Shown here piece after piece: positions 17,910 through 27,580 of a DNA stretch of 64,000 nucleotides. Where the stretch lies: the NCBI GenBank assembly GCA_038040385.1, contig JBBPII010000019.1, positions 32,886-96,885 of the forward strand. The letters run 5' to 3'. Made by a program: the position numbers and the translations under genes. The notes under the pieces are model-generated. The model saw only the letters and a program-made list of their open reading frames with translations, had not been told where the DNA came from and did not search any database. Numbering within the stretch: position 1 is the stretch's first letter; each line of letters begins with the position of its first letter. Source of the DNA: Candidatus Gilichinskyi gelida. Its GTDB lineage: Bacteria > Acidobacteriota > Thermoanaerobaculia > Gp7-AA8.

Positions 17910-18704
17910 GTGCAGTTCACGATCGATTCGCGCGAAGGTTTACCGATTCGGGGAGATTTCGAGATCCCCGAGGGTGCGCGTGCGCTCGTGGTGATCGCGC
18001 ACGGATTCAAGGGGTTCAAGGACTGGGGGTTCTTCCCTTGGCTGGCGGACTACCTCTGCCGCGAGCGCGCGGCGGTGTGCCGCTTCAACATGTCGCGCAG
18101 CGGGATCGGCGAGAATTCGGAGACCTTCGAGCGCCTCGATCTGTTCGCGGACGACACGTACTCGGTGCAGATCGACGATCTGCTCGACGTCGCGCTCTGG
18201 TGCCAGGCGCGCGTCGATCTGCCGACCTTTCTGGTCGGCCATTCGCGCGGCGGCGGCGTGGCGCTGCTCGCGGCGGAGAAGGTCGAGAAGCTCTGCGGCG
18301 TGGTGACCTGGAACGCCATCTCGCGCATCGACCGCTGGGACGAGCCGACCAAGGCGCAGTGGCGCCGCGATGGGTACCAGGACGTGATCAACGCCCGGAC
18401 CAAGCAGGTGATGCGGATGTCGACGCGCATGCTCGACGACTACGAGGCCCAGCGCGAGCGCCTCGACATCCTCGGCGCGGTGGTCAAGCTCGAGGTGCCG
18501 CTGCTGGTGGTCTACGGCGGTCGCGACGAGAGCGTGCCGCCGAGCGAGTCGCGAGAGATCGCCGCCTACTCGCCCGACGCCGCGCTGATCGGCATCGGCA
18601 CCGCCACCCATACCTTCAACGCCATCCATCCGCTGGTGACCGTGCCCGGCGAGCTGTCGCTGGCGGCGGCGGTCACCGCGCGCTTCGTCACCGTCTACGG
18701 ATAG
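17910..18704 (+). CDS. Alpha/beta hydrolase
   Basis: HGFKGFKDWG, GHSRGG nucleophile motif, D and HTF. Confidence 0.9.
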   Translation: MQFTIDSREGLPIRGDFEIPEGARALVVIAHGFKGFKDWGFFPWLADYLCRERAAVCRFNMSRSGIGENSETFERLDLFADDTYSVQIDDLLDVALWCQARVDLPTFLVGHSRGGGVALLAAEKVEKLCGVVTWNAISRIDRWDEPTKAQWRRDGYQDVINARTKQVMRMSTRMLDDYEAQRERLDILGAVVKLEVPLLVVYGGRDESVPPSESREIAAYSPDAALIGIGTATHTFNAIHPLVTVPGELSLAAAVTARFVTVYG

Positions 18705-19159
18705 ACGAAGGTGACGTGGTAATCCGGCGGCGCCGGCTCCGGGAAGGGCTGGCCGTCGACTTCGATCCAGGCGTGGCCGTCGAGCGGCGACTGGCCCGTG
18801 CGCCGGACGCCGAAGACGACGCGGTTGTCGACGCCGGCCAGCAGCAGATAGCGGTGCAGCAGCGCCGCGCGTTTCCAGCAGTTGCGCGTGACCAGGCTCG
18901 CCAGCCTGGCGATGCGCGCCGGCGGCAGTGACGCCGAGGCGCGCCGGCGGGGCGTCATGATCCCGAGGGCCTTCGGGAGTGGGAGGAAGCGCGCGGCGAC
19001 GGAGATGATGATCGTCCAGCCGGCCATGCGCGCCAGCAGAGCCAACTCGCGCCAGCGAGGAGCGCCGCCGTCCCGGCGGCTGGCCCGGCGGCGTCCCGCC
19101 GCCGCAGGCGAGGACGCCTGCGCGCCAGCCGGCGAGGACGCCGGCGTTCCGCTATTCAT
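18695..19159 (-). CDS. Lasso-peptide B2/transglutaminase-like protein with an in-frame repeat at the N-terminus
   Basis: NCWKRA...VFGVR...GHAWIE; start overlaps the stop of the upstream glycosyltransferase. Confidence 0.75.
   Translation of the reverse strand: MNSGTPASSPAGAQASSPAAAGRRRASRRDGGAPRWRELALLARMAGWTIIISVAARFLPLPKALGIMTPRRRASASLPPARIARLASLVTRNCWKRAALLHRYLLLAGVDNRVVFGVRRTGQSPLDGHAWIEVDGQPFPEPAPPDYHVTFVYP
19059..19150. repeat. REP-like element, family A, inside the B2-like ORF
   Basis: GGAGCGCCGCCGTCCCGGCGGCTGG...GACGCCGGCGTTCC. Confidence 0.8.
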
Positions 19160-20372
19160 TTTCGTTCAGGTGCTTGCCGCGATTTCCGGGAAGCTCGGTG
19201 TGCTGGCGCGCGCCGCCGCGGCGGCGTCGTCTGCGCCGCCCGGGCGTCGCTTCCGGTTCCGCGGCTGGCGGTGCCGGCGCCGACGCCGGCGATTCGATGC
19301 GGTCCTGCCGTTTCTCTTCGTCCAGCAGCCACACCCACTGCGTATCCGGCTTCTGCTGCGCCGGCGATCCAGCCGCGGCTGGGCGCTCCTCACGCTTGCG
19401 CTGCTGCTGCGGCTGGCGCGGGCGGCGCTCCGCGGCCGGCGACTCGAGCCGCTTTACGCGGATCAGCACCTCTTCGCTGAGGCGGCGGTTCACGGAGATC
19501 AGATCGGCGATGAGGCCGATGAGCAGGGTCTGGAAGCCGACGATCAGAAAAACCGCCGACAGGATCAGCGACTGCACGTGGCCGCCGCGCTCGCCTTCGA
19601 TGAAGTACCAGAGGAATCGCAGGCCGATGCCGACGCCGGCGAGCATCAGCAGCGCGCCGATGGCGAAGAACGTCTTGAGCGGCTTGTACAGCGTGTAGAT
19701 GCGGAAGATGGTGGCCATCGACTTCCGCAAATACGTGCCCATGCCGCGGTAGAGCCGCGACGGGCGCGTCGGCGCGTTGGTTCGCACCGTCACGCTCTGC
19801 ACGCCGAGGTTGCGGTTGCCGGATTGAATGATCGTTTCCAGGGTGTAGGTGAAGGGATTGAAGACGTTGATCTGCAGCGCGGCGTCGCGGGAGAAGGCGC
19901 GGAAGCCGCTGGTGACGTCGGCGACGCGGAGTCCCGACGCCAGTCCCACGGTCCAACTGCCGAGGCGCTGGAGGAATCGCTTGAACGGCGACATGTGCTC
20001 CGACTTGCTCACCTCGCGGTCGCCGATGACGACGTCGGTGGATCCCTTCAGGATGGGGGCAACGAGGCGGGCGATGTCGGCGCCGTTGTACTGATTGTCG
20101 GCGTCGGTGTTGACGATGATGTCCGCGCCGAGGCGGACGGCGGCGTCGATGCCGGCGGTGAAGGCGGCGGAGAGCCCGCGGTGCGTCCGGAGCTGCACAA
20201 TGTGCGTTGCACCCGCCTTCCGCGCCGCGTCGGCGGTGTCGTCGGTCGAGCCGTCGTCGATGACGAGCGTCTCGATGGCGGTGACGCCGTCGAGCTTCGT
20301 CGGAATGTCGCGCAGGGTCTGCGCGATAGTGGCCTCTTCGTTGTAGGCGGGGATTTGAACGATAAGCTTCAT
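19152..20372 (-). CDS. GT2 glycosyltransferase (DPM1/GtrB-like) with two TM helices and a charged tail
   Basis: IPAYNEE, IDDGSTD, NTDADNQY and DVTSGFRAF motifs. Confidence 0.93.
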   Translation of the reverse strand: MKLIVQIPAYNEEATIAQTLRDIPTKLDGVTAIETLVIDDGSTDDTADAARKAGATHIVQLRTHRGLSAAFTAGIDAAVRLGADIIVNTDADNQYNGADIARLVAPILKGSTDVVIGDREVSKSEHMSPFKRFLQRLGSWTVGLASGLRVADVTSGFRAFSRDAALQINVFNPFTYTLETIIQSGNRNLGVQSVTVRTNAPTRPSRLYRGMGTYLRKSMATIFRIYTLYKPLKTFFAIGALLMLAGVGIGLRFLWYFIEGERGGHVQSLILSAVFLIVGFQTLLIGLIADLISVNRRLSEEVLIRVKRLESPAAERRPRQPQQQRKREERPAAAGSPAQQKPDTQWVWLLDEEKRQDRIESPASAPAPPAAEPEATPGRRRRRRRGGARQHTELPGNRGKHLNENE

Positions 20373-20375
20373 ATT

Positions 20376-20444
20376 CGTTGGCCGTTGGCCGTTGGCCGTT
20401 GGCCGATACGCGGTCGGCCAACGGCCAACGGCCAACGGCGAACG
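20376..20444. repeat. Inverted heptamer array (GTTGGCC)n...(GGCCAAC)n, family F
   Basis: Fills the divergent intergenic region; related arrays at 49071-49098, 57511-57574 and 62931-63002. Confidence 0.8.
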
Positions 20445-20447
20445 ACG

Positions 20448-21413
20448 ATGAACGGCGAGCGAATCAAGATCTCAGTAGTCATGCCGGTTGAGCGCCTGGG
20501 CGGCGATGCGGAGCGCGCGATCGCCTCGGTTCTCGAACAACAGGCGCCGTTTCCATTCGAGCTGATCGTGGTATCGGCGGAGCCGCTGCCGCTCCTGCAG
20601 ACCGGCGTACGAAACGTCGTCGAGCCGAATCGTAATCCCGCAACTCGAAGAAATCGAGCGGTTTCCGTCGCGGCGGGGGAGATCCTGGCGTTCATCGACG
20701 ACGACGCCCAGGCCGCGCCCGGCTGGCTGGCGAATGCGGTCGCGATCCTCGACGCGCAGCCGGACGCCGTGGCCGCCGGCGGCCCCGATCCCGCGCCCGC
20801 GGACTCAACGGACGCTGAGTTGATCAGCGAGACGCTCCTCGCCACGCCGCTCATCGGCAGCGGCGTCGCCGCGCACGAGAACCGCCGCGGAACGTTCGAC
20901 GTCGCCTCGCCGAGCGACGTCGCGCTTGTCAATCTCTTCGTCCGCCGCGCCGCCTTCACCGGCTTCGACGAGTCGATCGGCTACATCGGCGAGGACACCG
21001 CGCTGCTCGGGTCGCTCCTGCAGCGTGGCCGCGTCGTCTACTCCGACGCCGTGCGCGTCTTCCACCGCCGCCGCCCGTTTCCCGGCCCGTATCTTCGGCA
21101 GCGGTGGCGGTACCGGGTGAAGACGGGCGAGCTGCTGGTCCGCGGCTCGCGAGCGCACCGCGCGAATCCGAAGATCTGGGCCTTCCTGCTCGCCGCGGTC
21201 ATCGCCATCCTCGCCACGCCGGTCGCCGTCGTTCCGTACTACGTCTTCACTCTCATCCTCGGCGCGCGCGCCACGCGCCTCGGGCCGCAGTGGTGGCCGC
21301 TCATTCCCTTCGCTTTCGCCGCGCATCACGGCACCTATTTCGCGGGAATCGTGTGGGGCGCGGCGCGCGCTGTATTTTTTCGGGCCGCTGCGCGACCTAC
21401 TCGCAGCGGCTGA
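20448..21413 (+). CDS. GT2 glycosyltransferase with C-terminal TM helices
   Basis: ISVVMP, RNRAV, AFIDDD and GED motifs. Confidence 0.88.
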   Translation: MNGERIKISVVMPVERLGGDAERAIASVLEQQAPFPFELIVVSAEPLPLLQTGVRNVVEPNRNPATRRNRAVSVAAGEILAFIDDDAQAAPGWLANAVAILDAQPDAVAAGGPDPAPADSTDAELISETLLATPLIGSGVAAHENRRGTFDVASPSDVALVNLFVRRAAFTGFDESIGYIGEDTALLGSLLQRGRVVYSDAVRVFHRRRPFPGPYLRQRWRYRVKTGELLVRGSRAHRANPKIWAFLLAAVIAILATPVAVVPYYVFTLILGARATRLGPQWWPLIPFAFAAHHGTYFAGIVWGAARAVFFRAAARPTRSG

Positions 21414-21590
21414 TGCCGAGCAGTCGGAAGCGCGGTGGCCTCTCTCCTCATCGCCTGCGCGTTTCGGCGGCATCGGCCGCGCAATCCGTCCGGTTTCCGG
21501 CTGTGTGTCCGCTGCGCGGACGGGTATAACGGGTCTGCCCGCGTGTTTTCAGTCACTTAGCGTGGCCGTCGAATTGAAGTATGAGACGGC

Positions 21591-22418
21591 ATGACGAGAA
21601 TCCTGGTAGTTGACGACGACCCGGCAATCGTTGAGGGACTGGTAGAACTGCTGCGCGTCGACTCGTTCGACGCCACGGGTGCGCTCGACCGCGAGACCGC
21701 CGAGGCGGCGCTCGCCGCGGAGTTCTACCCGATCGTGCTGGCCGACCTGCGGCTGCGCTCGATGGATGAAGGATGGCGGCTCATCGACGCCATCGCCCGC
21801 ATCAGCCCGAAGACGCGCATCGCCTCGATGACCGGCTACGCGACCGCGGAGATCGAGCGCGAGCTGCTCGCGCGCGGCGCGGCGCTCGTCCTCCGCAAGC
21901 CGATGGAGATCACCGCGATCGTCGCCCTGATGCGCGAGATGGTCGCCGCGCTCGAGGCGGTGGACGGCGAGGACCTCGATGAGGTGTATCGCCAGTCGTT
22001 CGCCGCGCTGACGGGAATGGCCCGGCGGCGCTACGGCCTCGGCGCGGACGACGCGCAGGACGTCCTGCAGGAGGCGTGGTGCCTCTTCCTCACCAAGCGC
22101 GCCTCGGTGCGGACGCCGAAAGCGTGGCTGTCGGGAACGGTCGTCAATCTCTGCCGCCGCTGGATCGAGGACCGCGTGCGCTGGCGCGGCCCGGACATCG
22201 ACTCGTTCGATCGCGCCGACGGGGGCAACATGGAGAGCGTGCTCGTGGCGCGCGACGCCATGGCCCGCGTCGACGCCAGGACGCGCCAGCTCTGCCAGCT
22301 CATCGCCGTCGAAGGGCTGCGCTACGACGAAGTCAGCGACGCGATGCACATCCCCATCGGATCGGTCGGCCCGATGTACATGCGGGCCAAGCAGAAAATG
22401 CGCGACGTGTTGCGATAG
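21591..22418 (+). CDS. Receiver domain fused to an ECF sigma-70 (regions 2 and 4) domain
   Basis: ILVVDDD...LADLRL...MTGY...RKP, followed by DAQDVLQEAW...AWLSGTVVNLC...EGLRYDEVSDAMHIPIGSV. Confidence 0.85.
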   Translation: MTRILVVDDDPAIVEGLVELLRVDSFDATGALDRETAEAALAAEFYPIVLADLRLRSMDEGWRLIDAIARISPKTRIASMTGYATAEIERELLARGAALVLRKPMEITAIVALMREMVAALEAVDGEDLDEVYRQSFAALTGMARRRYGLGADDAQDVLQEAWCLFLTKRASVRTPKAWLSGTVVNLCRRWIEDRVRWRGPDIDSFDRADGGNMESVLVARDAMARVDARTRQLCQLIAVEGLRYDEVSDAMHIPIGSVGPMYMRAKQKMRDVLR

Positions 22419-22428
22419 CATCCACCGC

Positions 22429-22854
22429 ATGGCAACTAGAAAATCAGAAGCAGAGTGGAACGGAAGTCTTCGTGAAGGCAGCGGGAAGGTGAAGCTTGGC
22501 AGCGGCGCCTTCGAAGGGAAGTACTCCTTCGCCTCGCGGTTCGAAGAGGCGGGCGGCACCAACCCGGAGGAGCTGATCGCCGCCGCGCACGCCGGCTGCT
22601 TCTCCATGGCACTCTCGGCGGGCCTCGGCAAGGCCGGCTTCCAGCCGAAGCGCGTGCACACCACCGCGTCGGTGCATCTGGAGAAGGTCGGGGAGGGCTT
22701 CGGCATCACCCGCATCGACCTCGAGTGCGACGCCGAGGTCCCCGGCATCGACGCGGACGCGTTTCACGCGCAGGCGATGGCGGCGAAGGAGAATTGTCCG
22801 GTGTCGAAGGCGCTGAAGGCGGTGGAAATCACGCTCAAGGCGCGCTTGGCGTAG
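22429..22854 (+). CDS. osmC: OsmC family peroxiredoxin
   Basis: TNPEELIAAAHAGCFSMA and NCPVSKAL. Confidence 0.95.
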   Translation: MATRKSEAEWNGSLREGSGKVKLGSGAFEGKYSFASRFEEAGGTNPEELIAAAHAGCFSMALSAGLGKAGFQPKRVHTTASVHLEKVGEGFGITRIDLECDAEVPGIDADAFHAQAMAAKENCPVSKALKAVEITLKARLA

Positions 22855-22858
22855 TCTC

Positions 22859-22958
22859 GGAGTGCGGGCGTCCCGCCCGCACCGGTCGGGCGTCCTCGCC
22901 CGGCCGAGTCGTCGCCGGGCGAGACGCCCGGCGAGAGCGGCCGGGACGGCCGCACTCC
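22859..22958. repeat. REP-like element, family B (GGAGTGCGG...CCGCACTCC)
   Basis: Terminal inverted repeat with internal hairpins; second copy at 31953-32053. Confidence 0.8.
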
Positions 22959-23007
22959 AGCGAACTGCAATAATGGTCGTGCGCGGCGTCGTTCCGCCCA
23001 CAAAGCG

Positions 23008-24090
23008 ATGAAGTTCACGGACAAAGTCCAGTATCTGCGCTACCTCGTCGACAAGCGGGGCATGAAGCCGGTGTACCTCATCCTCGGCCTGACCTACGAC
23101 TGCAACTCGTTCTGCCGCACCTGTTTCAACTGGGAGCAGTTGCGCAAGAACAAGGAGCACGAGCTCTCCTTCGAGGAGCTGCAGAAGACCTTCTCCACCC
23201 TCGGCGACCTTCTCTTCGTGGTCATGAGCGGCGGCGAGCCGTTCCTCCGCCGCGATCTGCCGGACGTCTGCGAGATGCTGGCGCGGCAGAATCACGTCAA
23301 GCAGATCACCATCCCCACCGGCGCCATCGCCAGCGACCTCATCGCCCGGTCGACCGAGGCGGCGCTCCAGCGATGCCCGAAGACGCAGATCGTCGTCAAC
23401 CTCTCCATCGACCACATCGGCCCCAAGCACGACTGGATCCGCGGCGTCCCCGGCAACTACGAGAAGGCCAAGAAAACCTACGCGGCGCTGCTGCCGCTGC
23501 GCGAGAAGTACGGCAACCTCACCGTCAACGTGCACACCTGCCTGTGCACGTACAACGCGGACGATCTCGACGAGCTGATGGAAGGCGTGGGCCGCGATTT
23601 CCCGGAGATCTCGTTCCATTCGTTCGAGATGCTGCGCGGCGATCAGCCTGACAAGAACATCCAGCCTATCTCCACCGACCGCTATCGCGAGCTGCTGCCG
23701 AAGCTCGAGACCTACTGGAACTCGTTCTCGCACTACGACAGTTTCCTCAAGTTCGTGAAGATCTACACCCGCCGCATGGAGCTGGCGATCCTGGAGCAGG
23801 AGACGCAGGTGCGTCCGTGCCACGCCGGGCTGGTGTCGGGCGTGCTCGACGCGCGCGGCGAGGTGCGCATGTGCGAGCTGCGCGAGCCCGTCGGCAACGT
23901 GAAGGACACTGGCTACGACTTCACCAAGCTGTGGTTCTCCGAGGAAGCCGACCGGCAGCGCGTGGCGATCCGCGCCAAGGAGTGCCACTGCACGCACTCC
24001 TGCTTCATGTCGTCGTCGCTGGTCTTCGACTGGCGGACCTGGGGCGCGTACTTCGTGTCGACCGTGACGAACTTCCTCTCCGCCGCATGA
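23008..24090 (+). CDS. Radical SAM protein with a SPASM/twitch-like C-terminus
   Basis: CNSFCRTC, SGGEP, CHAG...MCE...CHCTHSC. Confidence 0.92.
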   Translation: MKFTDKVQYLRYLVDKRGMKPVYLILGLTYDCNSFCRTCFNWEQLRKNKEHELSFEELQKTFSTLGDLLFVVMSGGEPFLRRDLPDVCEMLARQNHVKQITIPTGAIASDLIARSTEAALQRCPKTQIVVNLSIDHIGPKHDWIRGVPGNYEKAKKTYAALLPLREKYGNLTVNVHTCLCTYNADDLDELMEGVGRDFPEISFHSFEMLRGDQPDKNIQPISTDRYRELLPKLETYWNSFSHYDSFLKFVKIYTRRMELAILEQETQVRPCHAGLVSGVLDARGEVRMCELREPVGNVKDTGYDFTKLWFSEEADRQRVAIRAKECHCTHSCFMSSSLVFDWRTWGAYFVSTVTNFLSAA

Positions 24091-25241
24091 AGTTGCCCTC
24101 ACCCCCGCTTCGCGGACCCTCTCCCGCTGCGGCGGGAGAGGGTGGCCGAAGGCCGGGTGAGGGCTCGCGCGTCGCCATCGTCGGCCCCGTCTACCCCTTC
24201 CGCGCCGGCATCGCCTACTGCACGACGCGTTTGGCCGAGGAGCTGGGGGCGGACGTCATCTCGTTCAAGCGCCAATTCCCGAGGCGCTTCTACCCTGGCG
24301 GCGATGACATCGACCCGACGCTGCCGCGCGCCGACGCCGACTTCCTGCTCGACATCCTCAACCCGCTCACATGGTTACGGGCGGGGTGGCGGCTCCGCGG
24401 CTACGACGCGGTGATCTTCGTCTGGTGGATCTGGGTTTGGGCGTTACCCTACCGGATTCTAGTAGCGATGCTACCAAGGCGGACCATGGTCATCCTGCAG
24501 TGCCACAACATCGGCGACAAAGAGCCTGCGTGGTGGAAGCGCTGGTTGACCAACCGCGTGCTGCGGAGCGGCGACGTGCTCGTGGTGCATGCGGCGACCG
24601 AGGGGGAGGAGGCGTGGCGGCGGTCGCGCGGGCGGCGGGTGGTGCGGACGTTCCTGCCGGTGCACGAGCTGGGACGCGAGATCCCGTCGCGCGACGACGC
24701 CAAGCGCGCCCTCGGCCTCGAAGGTCGCAACGTCGCGCTGTTCTTCGGGCACGTCCGGCCGTTCAAGGGATTGGACATCGCGCTGCGCGCGTGGCCGGAG
24801 GTGACGTCGGATGTGACGCTGCTCGTCGCCGGCGAGGCGTGGTGGAACAGCGCGGACGAGTATCGAAGAACGACCAACGACCAACGAATCCGCTTCGAAT
24901 TCCGTTTCATCCCCGACGCGGAGATCGCCACCTACTTCGCCGCCGCGGACGTCGTCCTCGCGCCGTACCGCATCGAGGCGCAGAGCGGTGTGGCGCTCAC
25001 CGCGTTCCATTTCGCGCGGCCGGTGATCGCCACGCGAGTCGGCGGGCTGCCGGAGATCATCGACGGCAGCAACGGCATCCTCGTCCCGCCGGATGATCCC
25101 GCCGCTTTGGCGCGCGCGGTCGACGAGTTCTTCACCGCGCGCGACCGCGCGTCGATGGAGCGCGCCGCGGAAGCGACGGCGCGCAAGCACTCCTGGCCGG
25201 AATACGCCAGCGTATTCAAGGCCTTAGTGAGCGGCAGATGA
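24087..25241 (+). CDS. GT4 glycosyltransferase
   Basis: FFGHVRPFKG, APYRIEAQSG and PVIATRVGGLPE; ATGA overlap with the radical SAM gene. Confidence 0.9.
   Translation: MKLPSPPLRGPSPAAAGEGGRRPGEGSRVAIVGPVYPFRAGIAYCTTRLAEELGADVISFKRQFPRRFYPGGDDIDPTLPRADADFLLDILNPLTWLRAGWRLRGYDAVIFVWWIWVWALPYRILVAMLPRRTMVILQCHNIGDKEPAWWKRWLTNRVLRSGDVLVVHAATEGEEAWRRSRGRRVVRTFLPVHELGREIPSRDDAKRALGLEGRNVALFFGHVRPFKGLDIALRAWPEVTSDVTLLVAGEAWWNSADEYRRTTNDQRIRFEFRFIPDAEIATYFAAADVVLAPYRIEAQSGVALTAFHFARPVIATRVGGLPEIIDGSNGILVPPDDPAALARAVDEFFTARDRASMERAAEATARKHSWPEYASVFKALVSGR
24096..24163. repeat. Palindromic element, family C (CCCTCACCC...GGGTGAGGG), in frame in the GT4 N-terminus
   Basis: Encodes PSPPLRGPSPAAAGEGGRRPGEG; intergenic copies at 52009-52113 and 61113-61216. 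Confidence 0.82.
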
Positions 25242-26167
25242 AGTTCAATCCCCGCCGCATCAAGGTCGGTCTGGAGCTGACCTCCAAGTGCAACCTGCGC
25301 TGCGGCATGTGCCCGCTGCCGGTGCTGCGCCGGCCATACGAGGACATGGCGTGGCCGCTGGTGGAGCGCGCCGAGAGCGAGATCCACGGCCTCGGACTGC
25401 GCCTCAAGTGGCTGCACGAGATGGGGGAGCCGCTGCTGTACTCGCGCATCGACGACGCCATCCGCCTCTTCCCCGAGGCGAGCGTCAGCACCAACGGACT
25501 GGTGCTGAGCGAGGAGGTCGGCGCAAAGCTCCTCGGATCGCCGCTCAAGCGGCTGCGCATCTGCGTCGACTCCATCCAGCCCGCGGTCTACCCGCAGCTC
25601 CGCACCGGCGGCGACTTCGATCGCCTCGTCGAGCTGACGCGCGCGTTTCTGAAGCAGGCCAAGGGTCATCCGATGCGCATCGAGATCCAGAAGATGCGCT
25701 CCCGGATGACGCTCGACGAGACGGTCGACGACTTTCGAAAGCTGTTCGATCTCAAGCAATACCGCAACGCGCGGGTGATCGAGAAGACGTGCGAGGCGCT
25801 CGACGTCAACGAGGAGACCGATCTGCACGGAAAGTTCTACGGCTGCGTGCAGGGCTCGTTCTTCACCTGGGTGGTGGTCTTCGCCGACGGCCGGGTCACG
25901 CATTGCTGCTACGACGCGCATGGCGATCAGGTGATGGGCGATCTCAAGACCGAATCGCTGCGCGAGATCATCGAAGGCGACAAGCTGGCGGCGATGCAGG
26001 CGGCGTTCGCGAGCCGCGACTTCACCAACCTGCCGCGCTGCGCCGAATGCTTCAAGCACGGCGGCGAGTCGCACGCCTTCAATGACGTGCTCACGCGCGT
26101 GCAGAACCTCCCCGGTGCGGCGAAGGACATGGTGCGCAAAGTCATCGACGTGCGGTACCGCACGTAG
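25238..26167 (+). CDS. Radical SAM/SPASM-twitch protein
   Basis: CNLRCGMC, MGEP, C...DGRVTHCC...CAEC. Confidence 0.92.
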   Translation: MKFNPRRIKVGLELTSKCNLRCGMCPLPVLRRPYEDMAWPLVERAESEIHGLGLRLKWLHEMGEPLLYSRIDDAIRLFPEASVSTNGLVLSEEVGAKLLGSPLKRLRICVDSIQPAVYPQLRTGGDFDRLVELTRAFLKQAKGHPMRIEIQKMRSRMTLDETVDDFRKLFDLKQYRNARVIEKTCEALDVNEETDLHGKFYGCVQGSFFTWVVVFADGRVTHCCYDAHGDQVMGDLKTESLREIIEGDKLAAMQAAFASRDFTNLPRCAECFKHGGESHAFNDVLTRVQNLPGAAKDMVRKVIDVRYRT

Positions 26168-26406
26168 TGGCCACAGTCGCCAACCTGGCCCTCGGCATCC
26201 TCCCTCTCCTCATCCTCGGAGCGAGTTGGGCCGCCGGCGCGGAAGACGACCGCCGGCACCGCGCGACGTTCCTCTTCGTCTACGGCCTCTGGGCGGTCAC
26301 GCTGGCGATGTGGAACTGGATGCGCAGCGCGCCGCCGGGCTGGATCGTTCTTTGGGCGGTGGCGGGCGTCGCCGCGCTCGTTGCAAGCCGAGCGCTACCT
26401 CGATGA
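26167..26406 (+). CDS. Small three-TM membrane protein
   Basis: 79 aa hydrophobic ORF overlapping the upstream stop by 1 nt. Confidence 0.65.
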   Translation: MATVANLALGILPLLILGASWAAGAEDDRRHRATFLFVYGLWAVTLAMWNWMRSAPPGWIVLWAVAGVAALVASRALPR

Positions 26407-26471
26407 GGCTTCCCGAGTTGGGGCCATCCTTGCACTAGAATGTCAATGCCGGTACCCCAAAGGAGTTCCAC

Positions 26472-27032
26472 ATGCGTTCTCGCGCGGTTGTCATAGGTAC
26501 CGCCTTCCTCGCCCTCATCCTCTCCGGTTGTGCCTCCCATCGTTCCTCCTTTGCTCCACCCGTCCGCGTGATCGTCAGCGCTGATGAAAGCGTGCGCCGG
26601 CTGGTCGACGCCGACGAAGTGAAGGAAGTGACGGAGGTGGCGCTGCGCAAGTACGCCGCGCACGCGGGAGAGGCGACGGTTACCATCCACTTCGATTCCT
26701 TCGTGGTGGCCAACGAGCCGACACCTGGAGTGCTCGTCATGTCACATCCTTGGGCCGGGCAGAGCGTCCCGATCGTGTCGGCCGAGCCATGGAACGAGCC
26801 CGGACGGCCGATGGTCGGCGCCAGGAACACGAGCTTCATACCGACGCGCGGCACGACGCGGCGGGCGGTGGTCCGCGGGACGTATACCATCACCGATGCG
26901 CGCGGCGTGGTCTTGGAGCAAAAGCAGATCACCATCCCGCCGAACTACGACGCTGGTTTCTTTGACCGCATGGAGCAGCGCGCCGCGGCGACGCAAGTCG
27001 CCAAGCGGGTCGCCGCCCTGAGGACTCCATGA
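26472..27032 (+). CDS. Hypothetical lipoprotein (paralog 1)
   Basis: Lipobox LSGC; SD AAGGAG; clearly similar to the next ORF. Confidence 0.8.
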   Translation: MRSRAVVIGTAFLALILSGCASHRSSFAPPVRVIVSADESVRRLVDADEVKEVTEVALRKYAAHAGEATVTIHFDSFVVANEPTPGVLVMSHPWAGQSVPIVSAEPWNEPGRPMVGARNTSFIPTRGTTRRAVVRGTYTITDARGVVLEQKQITIPPNYDAGFFDRMEQRAAATQVAKRVAALRTP

Positions 27033-27580
27033 AAGAGCTTCGTACGGTCCTCCTCGCTGTCATCCTCGCCGCCTGTGCCACTAGTCCTCCGTCCACAGCT
27101 CCCCCCGTCCATGTGGTCGTCAGTGCAGATGAAGACGTCCGCTTGATGGTCAATACCGAGAAGCTGAAGGAAGTGACCGAAGCGGCGCTGCGGAAGTACG
27201 CGTCGGAGGCGGGCGAGGCCACCGTCACCATCCGTTTCAATTCCCTCGGTGTGGCGAAAGAGTTGACGCCCGGATTGACCATCATGTCGATGCCGTACCC
27301 CGGCCAAAACGTCCCGATCGTCTCCTCCCAGCCATGGAATGAGCCATCGCAGCCGACCGTCGGTGCCCGCAACACGGTCTTCATGCCGACGCGGACCAGG
27401 ACGGAGCACCCGGTCGTGAAGGGGACGTACACCATCACCGACGCGAGCGGCACGGTTCTGGAGCAGAAGTCGATCGCCATCCCGCCCGACGACAGGGACG
27501 GGTACTCGGACCGCATGGACGCGCAGCGCGCCCTGGCGGCGGACGTGGCGAAACGGGTGGCGGCGCTGAGGAAGCGATGA
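27029..27580 (+). CDS. Hypothetical lipoprotein (paralog 2)
   Basis: Lipobox LAAC; shares KEVTExALRKYA, PWNEP, VGARNT and GTYTITDAxG with paralog 1. Confidence 0.8.
   Translation: MKELRTVLLAVILAACATSPPSTAPPVHVVVSADEDVRLMVNTEKLKEVTEAALRKYASEAGEATVTIRFNSLGVAKELTPGLTIMSMPYPGQNVPIVSSQPWNEPSQPTVGARNTVFMPTRTRTEHPVVKGTYTITDASGTVLEQKSIAIPPDDRDGYSDRMDAQRALAADVAKRVAALRKR

Noticed and set aside
18695-19159. Lasso peptide biosynthetic cluster
   Set aside because: Only a B2-like gene is present; no cyclase, RRE or precursor was found.
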